64,000 nucleotides of DNA, from the NCBI RefSeq assembly GCF_006345805.1, contig NW_021836137.1, positions 124,001 through 188,000 of the forward strand, read 5' to 3'. Made by a program: the position numbers and the translations under genes. Position 1 is the stretch's first letter, and each line of letters starts with the position of its first letter. This document shows positions 25,531 through 38,690 of this stretch, in pieces. The notes beneath the pieces are model-generated. The model worked only from the letters and a program-made list of their open reading frames with translations, was not told the origin of the DNA and did no database searches. Source of the stretch: Octopus sinensis. Taxonomy: Eukaryota.

Positions 25531-27729
25531 AAAATGAATCAATTAACATATCTGTCCTGTGTGAATAGTTACCGAGAAGCATGTGGTTGGGAAGATAAAG
25601 ATTCTTCTTTCATCATATAGTTCTATAAACATATTCTACATGAAACTTAAAGAAGATGATTTTCTAATGTAGATATGGAAATATTAAGGAAGGGCAGTGG
25701 AGTAATCATGTTGGTAGCAAATACAACATGAGAAAAGATTAAACACATTATAATACATAGATACTAACCATGAAGATTGTGAGTCAAAGGGTGGAAGATA
25801 GAAGGGTGGAAGATAGAAGAAATAATTACAGTTCTTATCAGGTGCAGAGGATTAGAAAATGAGGGAATGAAAAATTACCTGAAACAAAAATTCTCAGCCA
25901 GTTAACTTTAACAGCAAATCCCTTTAAACTAAAATCAATATTATTTCATAACTCTTTTCAATAATCTATTGCGATACAGAATATATGTTGCATTTTGCAT
26001 TCCTCCTATCTGAAAACACTAAAAGAAGAAGAAAAAAAGAAAGATATGAAGACTTTCTTTCAGGATACAGTACAGTTAATTAACACCCTACACAAATATC
26101 TCCAGACCACTTGAACTAAAGCTCACAGGCAATGAAACTAATACATCCTTTGAATCATGCTTTGCATTTATTTTTCACCACCAAATTTCATTTTATCTGT
26201 TTTTATAAAGATTAAGAATATTGTTTTGAGCAGTGGTTCCCAATCTTTTCACTACCAAAGGTTCCTCTTTTATTTAAATGAATTTTCCTAGGCTTTTGAA
26301 AAGTCTGACTATTTAATGAGATGATTTTATTGAGTAACAACTAAACTTGTTACACCACCTTCAGCTTACGACTGAAAGATATTAGCAACTGAGAAACAAT
26401 ATAATTGTGTAATTATAAATTTTACTCTGCAGCCCTCTAAAAGTTTGGACTTAACTCACAGACTTCCAATACTATACTACTTCTGTGGACCCCAGGGGTC
26501 TACAGACCCCACCAAGTTTAGAATTACAATCCTAGATAATATGCATCTATATTCAAAATGTTTAACAATACAGGTTTATCATAACAAATTACCTGTAGAG
26601 TGAATAAAATTACTAATTGCTAATTGCCATGTCTTCCAAACATAGGTTAAATAAAACATTTATTTTTAAAAAGTGCCAAAATCTCAGTGGAAATTAAGAA
26701 ATTAAAAAAGCAAAACAAAAACTAGGAAAACAAATTTCTCAAATATTATATTAAAAACCAGTGGTGTAAGTAATATCAAGTTAAACATTTTTACAACTGA
26801 GAATAATTAATAATTTGATTAAAAATTAACTTCAGTCCCATCTTTCGGAAATACTTTTCATATTTTCTAAAATAGTTTTAAAAATTAAATTATTTTTAAT
26901 GGTAAAGCTTGAAGTGGATAAAGTTATAAATAATCATATATAGACTATTTGGTTAAAAGATAGAAAAACGCTGAAAGCTTTCCAGGGAACTTGAACAATT
27001 AAAAGTTATTTACTTCATACCTCTCAAACTTTCTAAATTCTTATAATGTAGACAGTTTTGAAAATTATTTGAAAGTAAATCAAAATTATGTTAGAATATT
27101 TTTAATTATTTCACAAGAAATTTGAAAACACTCACAAGCAGTGCATTTCTCAAAATGGAAAATAATAGGTACAACAGGGTTTTAAAAGGGCAACAGATCA
27201 CTACATGTTTTCACATGATAACTTAAACAATTTCCAGGACAGTTTAGCTTTTGTGTCTCTACATCGTGATCGGAGCATGTCAGGAAATACAGATTTTTAA
27301 CAAAAGAAAAAGAAAACCAGATGAAAATTACACTGCTGTATTGATTTTTACCTATCTCGAATATTGCTCTTTGATTTCCATAGGGATTTCATTGAATAAC
27401 AGAAATTTGTATTTAACCATATCACTAACAGCAGCAGTCAACCGTAGCTTTTGTTAAAGTGATGTTTTGTCTGTTCATGGTGGAATAAATATCAAGTGCC
27501 ATTGTAGTTAGGTAGGGATTTGTACCATAGTAGATAACAGACTCACTTTCATATAACCTGGCATTATTAGCTTGTACATTATATGGTAAAGATAACATGC
27601 TAAATGTACTTCATTTAATAGGGAGTTGAAGTTGGTGGGAAGGAGTTGTGCCAACACAAACATTAACACCTGAACAGGAAGCTACACAAAGCAAAGAAAA
27701 ATCATATAATTGATGAATAGTAGTGTTTT

Positions 27730-28130
27730 TTTAAACCTGTTATCTAGAAATCTCTGGGATGAAAGGAGAGAGAGAGAGAAACAGAGAGAGAGAGAGAGAG
27801 AGAGAGATTTTGAAAGGAAGGAAGAAAAAGAAAGCAAGGAGGAAAAGAAGGAAACAGTAAATCCAGATAAAAAAAACATAAAAAAGAAAGGAAGAGTGCA
27901 GGATATGCAGAGAAGATAGAGAGGAAATGAAAAAGGAAAGTAAAAGATGAAAATATAGAAATGTGCAGTGATAGGATGACAAGAGACAGAAAGAATGAAA
28001 AGGTGATAGAGGGAAAATGAATGAGAGAAAGGCAAAGAAAAATGAATGACAGGAAGAGAAATGAAAGAGAAAGGTAATAAAAAGCAGAGAGAGAGATAGA
28101 GAGAGTGGGAGAGACAATGAGAGATTGAAG
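27730..28130. repeat. GA-rich tract with (GA)n
   Basis: Directly visible; source of ORFs 27682..28176, 27710..27919, 27740..28117 and 27744..28205. Confidence 0.9.
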
Positions 28131-28974
28131 GATCAATACATATGAGAAGTTCTGAAGTTTCTCCTTGATTTTCCAACCATATTGATGCTTACTAATTAGA
28201 AACATTTCTAAAGAATGGTATGAATATATTGACTTGAACTAATGTAGTTAATTATCCATAATCTTTAGTTATCAACACCAAGCTTATATTTCAAGGAAAC
28301 CATGTGTTGAAGAATTAGGCAGTTATCAATTTTCTGTCATGTATGTTGTAAAATTATTGATTTTTCTTCTTTTTTTTTTTATTCCTCTACATTCAACAAA
28401 AGGATCTTTGCTGATGGAAATGTTCAATGAGCTGCAACAGTCATTATGGTTAAGGCAAATGAACTAGCGCAAGCAGCGAGATATAATAATTCTTCGAAAG
28501 CTACTAAATGAAATAAAGTTTCAGAATTGTAGATTAATTCCAGTGACCACCGTTCTATATTCTAGCTGAAATCCATAAAAATAGCGGTGTAAATTATAAA
28601 GTGCATCTTATAGAAAGCTGTGAATTTGTCACAAATGGCATAGTGAGAGAATAATTAATCTTAAATCAAGAATTCAAACACAGCTACATGAATCATGCAG
28701 TAATTAGGTAAGGCTCATTTACATTAGATACTTATTCTATCAAGCTGAAAACTATGGCATCACTTCCCACATTACAGTTGAGTGATTTAATTGTAAGGCA
28801 GCCAAAGTGAAAGTCATTTAATTCTCAAAGCCATGCAGATATATGGAATTCTATTCTATTTTCACAAAAAAAAAAGGCCCTAATAACCATTCAAGTAACA
28901 CTATAGATCTGTGAAAGCTTCCATACAGATAGCTATTGAGACAGCAAGCTGAAAATTTATTAGGAAGAGATATA

Positions 28975-29362
28975 TCTTTATATATAAAAGTAAGGTTGTG
29001 TGTCTGTCTCCTACGATTTAGATTCCTAACTACTCCCACATTTTGCGGTGCAGTTTAACCAAAACCGGGTATCTTATAGTCGTGATTCATATCGAGCCCT
29101 TCTGGGTATTAGCGCGCGTCTACAATGAGTCTACGATTTAAAAAAAAATTTACCATCATTTTTTCCATTTTTTTCGCTATTATATAAGGGAAGTAACTCT
29201 CTAAAAATGTCTACGATGAGTTAAACGATTTAAAAAAAATTTACCATCATTTTTTTTCCATTTTTAATGCATTCTTTTGCTATTTTTTTGTTATAACTCT
29301 CTAAAAATGCTTATATAGTTATTTCCCTTACAAACCCAAGCAACGCCGGGCGATACTGCTAG
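28975..29362 (+). mobile_element. Non-autonomous Helitron
   Basis: A|TC...CTAG|T termini, 3' subterminal hairpin 'cccaagcaacgccggg', no TSD. An internal block is duplicated ('acgatttaaaaaaaatttaccatcattttt' x2). Confidence 0.85.
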
Positions 29363-29574
29363 TCACAAATAAAATACTTTAAAACCTTATTTCTAAAAAG
29401 TGTTTATAAGTTCAATTCCTAAATGGAGCACCAGATTGTTACATTGTAATAGTTCCTCATGACCAGACATGATTTTGCAGAACACTGGAAATGAATGGAG
29501 CTGCTTCTATGTCAGTGAAACTCACATACAAATATCATCCAATGTCAAGACAAGGGGATCTAAACACACACACC

Positions 29575-29607
<33 letters not shown>

Positions 29608-29674
29608 TATTGGTAAAAACGGTAAGATAACAAAAGAAAGAAAGAGACCTCAATATTATGTAAATAGAGGAATT

Positions 29675-30000
29675 TATCTGTAAAATAATGTGACAATTAT
29701 TCAGTAGCCAAGAGTTTTGTCTTGGCTACTGAATAATTGTCACATATTATTTTACAGATACATTTTATAATTATATACATAATTATAACAAGGGCTTGGC
29801 TTGCGCCTCACCACACACTGATAAATAGACATCAAAAGACACTATTGCCACCATAAATTCTCCGAGAAAAACACACTGTGAGTGGTTATTAGTGTATTTT
29901 TCTCAGAGAATTTATGGGGGCAATAGTGTCTTTTGACATCTATTTTTCAGTGCATGGTGAGGTGCAAGCCTTGTTATGATTACGTATATAATTATAAAAT
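29675..30000. repeat. Two adjacent hairpins (29675-29760; 29762-30000)
   Basis: Arms ~39 bp with a 6-nt loop, and ~110 bp with a 13-nt loop; (TA)n runs lie at ~29575 and ~30076. Confidence 0.92.
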
Positions 30001-30799
30001 ATTTATATCAATTTACCTATGGGGTTTTATTTTTGCACTGACCACTTGGTAAAACTCATTTATGATTTTACCCTTTATTATATATATATATATATATATG
30101 ATGATCTTTTAGTTTCCATCAATGAAATCCACTTACAAGACTCCAGTTAGACCTGGGTGCCACACAGTGGAACTGAACCCAAATCCATGTGCTTGGGAAG
30201 CGAACTTTTCAATGACACAATGTTGTTCATGTTACTGAGAAGTAAAAAGCAGAATTAGAAGTGTATCTGACAAAATGCTTTGAGTATAGTTATGTCTCTT
30301 CTCATTTGCTTTGTAATTCCATCAGGTTGAACTTAATATTTTCTAAAATAAATGATGTCTGTTCTATATTAGAAGTTGGCTCAAGTGATTATAAATGAGT
30401 TAATATAAAGAAAATAAATAAATAAAATTTGGTTTATATAAGGTTCAATTTAGTTATTCTCTCTGCCAAAATATTAAACTTTATAATGAAAGAAACTTCT
30501 TAGGCAAAATGTTTAACGTCTAAGAAAACTCAACCTTCAAAAGTCAGCTGCACTGAACATTATTCTTCTTAGAATATAAATAATCTTATACTTGTTATAA
30601 TGCATTAGAATACCTAGAGCTTTATTTTCACACAAACTATCTGATTCTCAAGGTAAAAAAAAACATACATATGAAAGCACATTTCTCGCCATATATAGAA
30701 AGATGTCTCTGACCACTATAACACCAAGTGCTTTAATGAAACCCTTTCTCAAGAATACTCCAATATCAAATAATGGCAATTTAATTATCACAACTGGCT

Positions 30800-31535
30800 A
30801 TTTAGTTTGCCATGCTGGAGAACATCATGAGGGAGTGCTGTCGTCACAAACCATTTATCTAAGTGACCACTAGGGCACAGAATATGGAACCCTGCCAAAA
30901 ACTGAGGTAGAGCAGCTTATTTCTAGCTTAGTGCTTTTCCTACATTTGGCTCACAAGGAAAATAGCACCAGTACTACTCTCCTGACATAAAGCCAAACAC
31001 TATCACATCTTAGCTAACTTTGTTCCCAATCAATTGAGTTATAGCTCTTTCTGCAATTTTTATAAATTTGACCAGCAATTTGGTACCACTGTTATTTCCC
31101 CTCTCTAGCTCACTTTTTTAGCCCTTGTAGTAAAGTCACAGTAATGCAGCTATACCCATCATATTAGGATTGACATGTTCCTGATTGGTAATACAAATGA
31201 CTAGCCCACATCCTTCTCTGCCATCTCTGTGGTAATTCTCAACAGACTAGGCACTTTCTCAACCTTCATATCCTTAATTGTCCTGTCTGTCATACTACTG
31301 TTGACTTGAATGGCAGGTCCCTCTGTTTAATATACTTGGAAGAGATTCCAACTCTTCCCCCGTGAATTCTCTACATTCAAGAGCTTCTAATAGTACCACA
31401 TCCGTATCACTTTCTTTTCTGCACCAGTAAGAGAATGTGTACAATTGCCATTCTATAAATATTCTTCTCTCAAACCCATTGCCTAGCAATCCAAAACACC
31501 TCATGCTTCTGATCTTGACATTACAAAACATGTAC
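30800..31535 (-). mobile_element. Decayed RTE LINE reverse-transcriptase fragment
   Basis: 'TEGPAIQVNSSMTDRTIKDMKVEKVP...YYKG*KSELERGNNSGTKLL..AERAITQLI...VFGFMSG' aligns by eye to RTE RT (AIKDMK.GKA.GP, YKGKGDALERGNYRGIKLL, MQFGF.PG). Confidence 0.8.
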
Positions 31536-31539
31536 AAAA

Positions 31540-31835
31540 CTATCTATACATGTGCATGTATGTATGTGTCAGCATATGTACATGTCTGTGCATGTGTAGT
31601 CTGTGTGTTTGTGTATGTGCGTACATGTGTACTCACAAACAAGTAACCACTAACATTTTCCAAGTAGTTAATCACTGTTGTAGATATAAATTTTTGCAAC
31701 ACTCACACCATCTCATATATATATATATATATATACATATATACATATATATGTATATATATACATATATATATAGATATATACATATATACATATATAT
31801 ATACATATATACATACATATATATATATATGTATG

Positions 31836-31878
<43 letters not shown>

Positions 31879-31925
31879 CACACACACATACATATATGCA
31901 TATTTTATTCCATGTACACATATGC
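31540..31925. repeat. Compound (TG)n/(TA)n microsatellite
   Basis: Directly visible. Confidence 0.95.
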
Positions 31926-32439
31926 GATAGCTACAATTCATATGTCCAAAGACGCACATTCAGAATAAATACGCTAAAGAAAAAACATCAACATTGAAGA
32001 AAAACACACTCAATTCAAATCTTTTGTTAGTCTGGGGTAATTGACATTCTTTGTGATTAACTTACCAATCTGGTGACTGACATGAATATGGTATCAATTG
32101 ACATTGGCATTTCCAAAGATTTGCACACTTACTTGCCAGTGCTGTTGCAGCTAATCAAAGCAATAAACCTAATTCTAAAGCAAGTTTTTGGCATCACTAC
32201 ACTTGGTATTCATTTCTTGTCCAGTTAATGGCTTGATGGGACAGCACTGAGAGAAAATTAGGAGGCATCTTACATTCAAAGCCATACCCCATGAGTCCAC
32301 TCAACATGTCTTCAAGTTTAATAAAGAAAGATGTGTCAGAGCTGATTAGAACAGCAGCAGTGAAAACAGTTCAATAGGAAAGATGAAGAACAGCAAAACA
32401 TAAAACGGCAACATCTACAAAAAAGTCAACAGCAACATG

Positions 32440-32960
32440 TATGTGTGTGTTTGTGTGTGTGTGTGTGAGAGCATGAGAGGAGAAACAGAGAGTGAGAGAG
32501 ACGAGAGGAAAGAGAGAGGAGAAAAGGAGAAAGAGGAGACAAGTGAGAGACAAGAGGAGAAAGAGAGGAGAGAAGCAGAGAGGGGAGAGAGGAGAGAACG
32601 GGAGAGACACAGAGGAGAGAAAAGAGTTATTAGATTACAAAATAAGTGTTTAGGAACAGTGGCAGAAAAGATAGTGTTCAAGTATAAGTGAAATGTAATG
32701 GAAAAAGTAAAAGAAGAATTTGGAAAATGCTTTAAAAAGAAAAGAAAGGAGAAAAAGAAAAGAACATTCCTTTGAAGAATGAAGAAGGTCAATCAAAAAA
32801 GCAAGGGGGAAAAATGATTGGAGAAATACTGGTAGAGAAATACTGGTATAGGAATTGTGATGTAGTTTATTTTAAGGAGACAGTGAGGAGAGGCAGAAGA
32901 GATAGCAGTAAAAGTAGAGAGTGAAAAAGAAGAGCAATAAACTAACTGAAGGACAAATCA
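32440..32960. repeat. (TG)n plus GA-rich tract
   Basis: Directly visible. Confidence 0.85.
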
Positions 32961-33199
32961 CAAGTCTGTATAAATCTATCAAAATTAGAGGAAGGTAGAG
33001 AGTTAATAAGAGAATTTATATGAGAAATTATATGACAGCGGGGCCATACAATTATGTATGTGTGTGTGAGAGAGAGAGGTGAATAGATAAAATTGTTAGT
33101 TTGAAATTTTTTGAAAGGTAAACAGTAATAAAAATCGTCATCATTGTCATCTCTATCATTTTGCATCTCTTTTACCAGGCTGCAACAGACAGATTCTTA

Positions 33200-33560
33200 T
33201 AGTCAAACTCATATTAAGATATGTAGAGCACCTGAGATAACCAATGTCTTACAATGAAGATAGTGTGCATTTTACCATAGCACCAGTACTATATCAAGAA
33301 ATCTAAAGGGTCACAAAATACTTGTCTCTTAGACAAGTAGCATGCAATGCTTCTTGTGGGATCCATGCCTCACATTTACATTGTAGTATATTTTCTACAG
33401 ATGAATGTCCTTCCTACATACTTCTAGTCACATTCCAGACTGTACTAGATGCACATATCCATGCCACTAGCACTTGGGGCTTGCCATATGATAGGACTAA
33501 AGAGTCCCTACCATCACATATTAGTTATTTGGACAGTACTATCCTTCTGGAAATTTAGTG
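33200..33560 (-). mobile_element. Very old RTE fragment (Cys-rich region)
   Basis: Minus-strand remnants 'SG....VCRK' and 'ILQCKCEAW' resemble the RTE 'SG.WPC.VCRKGV..NSI.C..CK.W.HK.C' block. Confidence 0.4.
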
Positions 33561-33686
33561 TGTTATGACTAGCAATGTTTGTGTTTTTCTCTATTCCTGG
33601 GAAGCACAGAGAGTGTGGCCAAGATAAAACTAGTGTAAGAATGGAGAAGAATTTTATTTCTTCCTATGATTTATATTTCTCTTTAA

Positions 33687-33896
33687 TCCTTAGCTTTCTG
33701 TCAGATGTAATGTTTATTTGTTCACATTGTTTTGAATCAATCATGGATCATTTTCCAGCTTCAAGATTTCAATGATATGATTGTATATTTTTAAAATGAC
33801 ATTGAAGGGTAGATGTGAGAGGCCAGATCTGGCTTGTTTGAACATAAAACAAGTAGAACACTTTGGTCAGATATGGCCTGTTTAAACGATGAAGGG
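33687..33896. mobile_element. piggyBac-like MITE (copy of the 7781-8012 family)
   Basis: Ends in 'gaaggg|ttaa'; internal 'gccagatctggcttgtttgaacataaaacaagtagaa' is the reverse complement of the 7.8-kb copy. Confidence 0.65.
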
Positions 33897-33933
33897 TTAA
33901 TCAATTTCTCTGTACTATTATTTCAATATCAAT

Positions 33934-35620
33934 GAAGACAATGAGCTAATGGAATTCTTAGAACATCTGGAAAAATGCTTTCCAGTATTTCTTCTGGCTC
34001 TTTACATATCACTTTCAAATTCCAGTGAAGTCAGCTTTACCTTTCCCCATTTTAGAAGTCAATAAAATGAAATACCAATCAAAAACTGGGGGTCGATACA
34101 TCAAATAATTGCCTCCCATCAAAATGACTGGCCTTGTGCCTATGTTGGAAACCATAATTTCAATATCATTGACATGATCACATGACATGGCTATGTCAAT
34201 TCCTTGGTTGATACATCTATTTTCTCTATTAGCTGTATATTCAAACTATATAACAGTTGATAGAGCCTAATGATAGGCATTACCTTCCTGGAAAGAGAAA
34301 CGCTAGATTACCATATCTTCTTCACTTTATTTCTAATATTATTACTGCTGCTGTATTTATTACTTTCTAAATTACAAATTATCATTATTATTATTATTCA
34401 TCCATGCTTACCTTTCAAGTTCTAATTCCACTAGGTTCCACTCTGCTTTTCATCCTTTCAGGATTGATTAAGTACCAGTTGAGCACTGGAGTCAATGTAA
34501 TTGACTTAGTCCCTCCACCTAAATTGTTGGCCTTATGCTAAAATTTGAAGTCATTATCATTATTATTGAGTGAGAGAGTAGTGCATGCCCTCAAAGTGAC
34601 ACTGAGGTAAAATATACGAAGCTCAGTATAACCATCATGACTACCCGTCTGATAAGGGTACACTAGGCACATGCATCACAACAATATGTGCGTGACATGG
34701 TGATCTCATATCAAGATAAACAGCACATGACCTTGCAGGTGGGGGCCCAGTTAGAATTTTCTTCTGGTCGAGTAACCCATCCCGTTCAAAAGGTCCCTAA
34801 ATAAGGGTTGTTTAAGGATGTTGAATGAAACACCCATGTTTCCAGAGGTGAATTATTCAAACCCCAAAGAATCCCTCTCAACACATTGCTATGATGCTCC
34901 CCCACTATTTCTGCTCATGATCAGAGATGCACATATTGTCAGCCACTAAGGGACATGCTCAACTGGTTAAGGTCAAACAACTGACAAGCAAATCTGTGGT
35001 ACTGAGCAGAATATTTGCTGTAGCCTATCTTTTATAATAAGACAAAACAATGTACGTTATAATTATTATTATTATTATTATTATTATTTGGTTTGACTCA
35101 GGTTCGCTCTAATTCCTGATAGGATTTATGTGGGTCGTGGCTTACAACCTGTAACCTGTATCCACAAGTTTTCAGTAGTCTCCTGATATCTTTATTATTA
35201 TCATTATTTCTATCATCATTACTATTATTATGCTGAAGTGTAGAGCTTGCAGAACTGTTAGCATGCCAGACAATATGGTTAATGGCATGTCTCTATGTTC
35301 TGAGTTCAAATTCCACCAATGTTAACTTTACCTTTTTGTCTTCTTAGGGTTGATAAAATAAGTACCAATTGAGTACTTGGGTCAATGTATTTGATTTAAA
35401 TCCCTTTGAAGTTATTAGCCTTGTGCCAAATTTAGAAAGAGCTACTACTACTACTACTACCACCATCACCACCAGGGAGGTGGATTAACAGAATCACTAA
35501 GCATCAGAAAAGACTTTTTGCAGCATTTCTTGCAGCATTTTATGTTCTGAGTTCAAATCCCACCAAAATCAGCTTTACCATTTGTTCTGCTGGCATCAAT
35601 AAAAATAAAATACCAGTCAA
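33934..35620 (+). mobile_element. Cluster of Nin/Deu-like-domain SINE copies (33934-34155, 34400-34555, 35235-35440, 35475-35620) around an unclassified repeat at 34568-35055
   Basis: Recurrent 'gagttcaaattcc...ctttgcctttcatcctt..gg..gataaaataagtacca' block, also seen at ~22.0 and 50.3 kb. Domain name is from recollection. Confidence 0.65.
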
Positions 35621-38600
35621 ATACAGATCTGCTGCATTAGTCCGACTTCACCATGCTGACAAAGTCAAATAGACTGAGACATACATCCATACTTATCTCT
35701 TACTTGCAAACAAAAATCAAATTGCTCCTTCCTTAACCATGTACATTACCTTGAGAAATCTATTCTACATTTCTAGGAATTTCCCTTCTCTCAGAGTTGC
35801 TGAGATCAGCCATTGAGTTTTTTCTTTTTCCATTAACAACTCAGGAATTTTTATAAATTGGGGGAATTTATTTTACACAACATTCAATACGTTACTCCCT
35901 ATTTCATATAAAAGACATTAGTGTTTCTACCAAGGTGAGGTACCAAACAGAAGCCCTTGTTTTCTTCTGTTTTTGTTGTACAGTAATCCCTCAATCAGCA
36001 TGGGCGCTACGTTCCAAAACCTCTGTGATAGGTGAAAATCCACAAAGTAGAACCAGTATTGTACTGTGTTTTTTTTTTATTATTTTCATCATTTGTATAC
36101 ATTTATTTTATAATAAATGCAAAACAACACCATGGAGGAATCAACGTAAGCTTAAATAATAAACCATGAGAGGTGAACCACAATATGGCGAGGGATTACT
36201 GTACACTTTTGTGTCATGAACTGTAGAAGGGACTTATGCACAATAATGTTCAGGAATAAATAATCTATTTTCATTAGATAAGCTCATTTTTTTACTGTCA
36301 TTTCAGAATGTAATCTTAAGTTTAGTCTTTTCTCACAAAGCAATTCTTTAAGTGAATGAAAAGGGCACATGTGTTAAAATGATTTTTTGATGTCATTACT
36401 GTCTGAGCAGCATCAAAAAATTTTCATTTTTCCTATTTCAAAATATAATGCATTTGTAAAAATACACAATGTCAAACAGATTTGAGTCACACTAAAATAA
36501 TCAAAATGATCAATGATTTAATAAGTAAGCAAAAGATTTTGAAATCATGTACAGATAACATGTGGGCCCACCTGACAATCAACAGAAAAGCTTACCTAGA
36601 AATATTAAGAATCAAAAGATACACATCAATAACAATGAATGCTGAGAGATATGAGAACGAATGTTTCTTGAAAGAAAACGTTTTCAGTTTTTATGTCTTG
36701 AATTTTTCGATTAAGAACATGTATATGTGTGTGTGTGTATACAGTTGCAAGTTTTTGTAATGTAGAACCACTGCACATATGCCAAGAGGCTGATAGCAGA
36801 GATTTTCTTTGTTCCTCTTGAAGAAATGATACCTTGTAATTATCAATTCCAGTACCTGGATTTAATGGAAATGGAAACAATAAAAGTCCATGTCTACAAC
36901 ATAATTTAGGATATAAATCTTTTTAGCGTAGTATTATGGGATGTAAATGTTGATATTGATTCAAGCTTTGATATAGATGTGAATGAATTATTTTGCGATT
37001 TTATTTTATTTTATTTATGTTGTTATTTGGTTTCTGGTTGATTTTTATTCTTTGCAAGTCGCCTAGAAAAAGATGAAACAATGACAGAGAACATTTCAAA
37101 AGGATTGAGAAACTAGTTTGGATATGTTAATTATAACTGAACTACTGTAAAGGAATGTGTATGCAGCTACTACAAAATAAATTAGGTTAAATTATTACCT
37201 GGCAATACACATATACAATAAATGTGAGCAAGACACATTCAACAACCGTTATTAGGATATACTATTGTGGAAATATCGATAAACAAGTTATTTCCAACAA
37301 GTAGTAGTTGGAAATGCAACAGCAAAATGGTTGAAATTAAGATTTAGGCATTCAGTTTCTTTTATTTATTTTACTTTTTTGGAAACTTGAAAGCAGAAAT
37401 TGCAGACACACTTTGCATGTGTATTGAAATCATTATTTATGCATCTGTGTGTGCAAATATACACATTGTATTCATAGATAAATATACATGTAACTTATAA
37501 GCATAAGCATATACAAATGTGTGCATGAATATATTTATCCTTTATGGTTTACTTCTAACACACTGCAATTTCAATTCTTTGTCACTGTGCAGATACACAT
37601 TGGTTCAAAAATTCTTTAGACCTCTAATATCAATTGTGCTGAATTACTTGCTATCCTTGAAACACTAAAACACATATCACCACAACTTTCATGCTTTTCT
37701 GATGACACTGATATGACTAGTAAAAGTATATCAAGTAGATATTTTTAAAGCCATATTGTAAACTACAATGGCCAGCTCCTGTCAAACCATCCAACCCATG
37801 CCAGCCTGGACGGAGAACATTAAACAATGATGATAATGATGATGATAAATGAACTAATGAAATTGCTATTCCAACAGAAATTAAATAGGTCATCACTATC
37901 ACTTGAGCAAAGCACCAATGAAATTTGAATTAAATCAGACAAAACATGAAGAAGAAATAAAGAACAGCAACCCACATTCATTCAGTAACATTCAATAAAT
38001 CATTTATTCTTTCCAAACAGACTGTATCTGTAGAAGCCTTACTATGTGTGAGAGAGCATTGGTTATAAATGTGGAAAATTGAGTTTGGATGGGCAATTGT
38101 AAATGTAAGAATGCCTAAAAGTATAGTACATGTGTGTGCATCTGCTGTGTTTACACACGCACACACACCTGTGTAGGAATATCTGTGCATACGTGACCTA
38201 TTTGCCTCTTCAGCTTCAATTAATAAAGTTTTCATGACTGACCAGACACCCAGCAACACTGAACACATTGTTTACCATGAACTGTGAAAAGCAGCATAAA
38301 ACACTGCAGTTTATTTATGTGTTTTTTGGTTTTTCTTAACTGTGAATGCTTAAACAAAATAAAGTATTAGAATCAGCTGCTTTGTAAAACCCTTAAAGTA
38401 TTAAGGAATATCAATATGTGTTGGCAGCATAAGGGATTTATAGTGTTAAGTGTATACAAGTTGCATTTAGAACATACAAATATATATATATATGATTCCA
38501 CAGAAGTAGCTAAATAAATGCATATGTATGCTTTTAAAAATGCACATTCTTACAAAATTTTCAGTTAAAGATTTAAGAGAGAAAATAATTCAATGTTTAT

Positions 38601-38640
38601 TTCTTGTTCTGCTTATAGAGGTTAGAGCAAAAAAAAAAAA

Positions 38641-38680
<40 letters not shown>

Positions 38681-38690
38681 GTAATAATAA
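38641..38690. repeat. (AAT)n microsatellite
   Basis: Directly visible. Confidence 0.95.

Noticed and set aside
25879-26007. Minus-strand exon with a strong acceptor and CAG|GTAATT donor
   Set aside because: Stops in all three frames; at most a non-coding or terminal exon, which cannot be supported.
27352-27447. Minus frame LRLTAAVSDMVKYKFLLFNEIPMEIKEQYSR*
   Set aside because: Weak acceptor and an in-frame stop at the donor; length is within chance expectation.
27682-28205. Long F/L/S-rich 'membrane-like' and E/R/K-rich ORFs (also 9758-10234, 32371-32792)
   Set aside because: Artefacts of GA-rich low-complexity tracts.
31317-31426. Convincing-looking plus-strand exon (cag|VPLFNILGRDSNSSPVNSLHSRASNSTTSVSLSFLH|gtaaga)
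   Set aside because: It is the antisense of a recognisable RTE RT fragment; this shows how easily false exons arise here.
32010-32230. Protein-like plus frame and a weak pogo-transposase-like minus frame
   Set aside because: Internal stops, no usable acceptor, and resemblance too weak to call.
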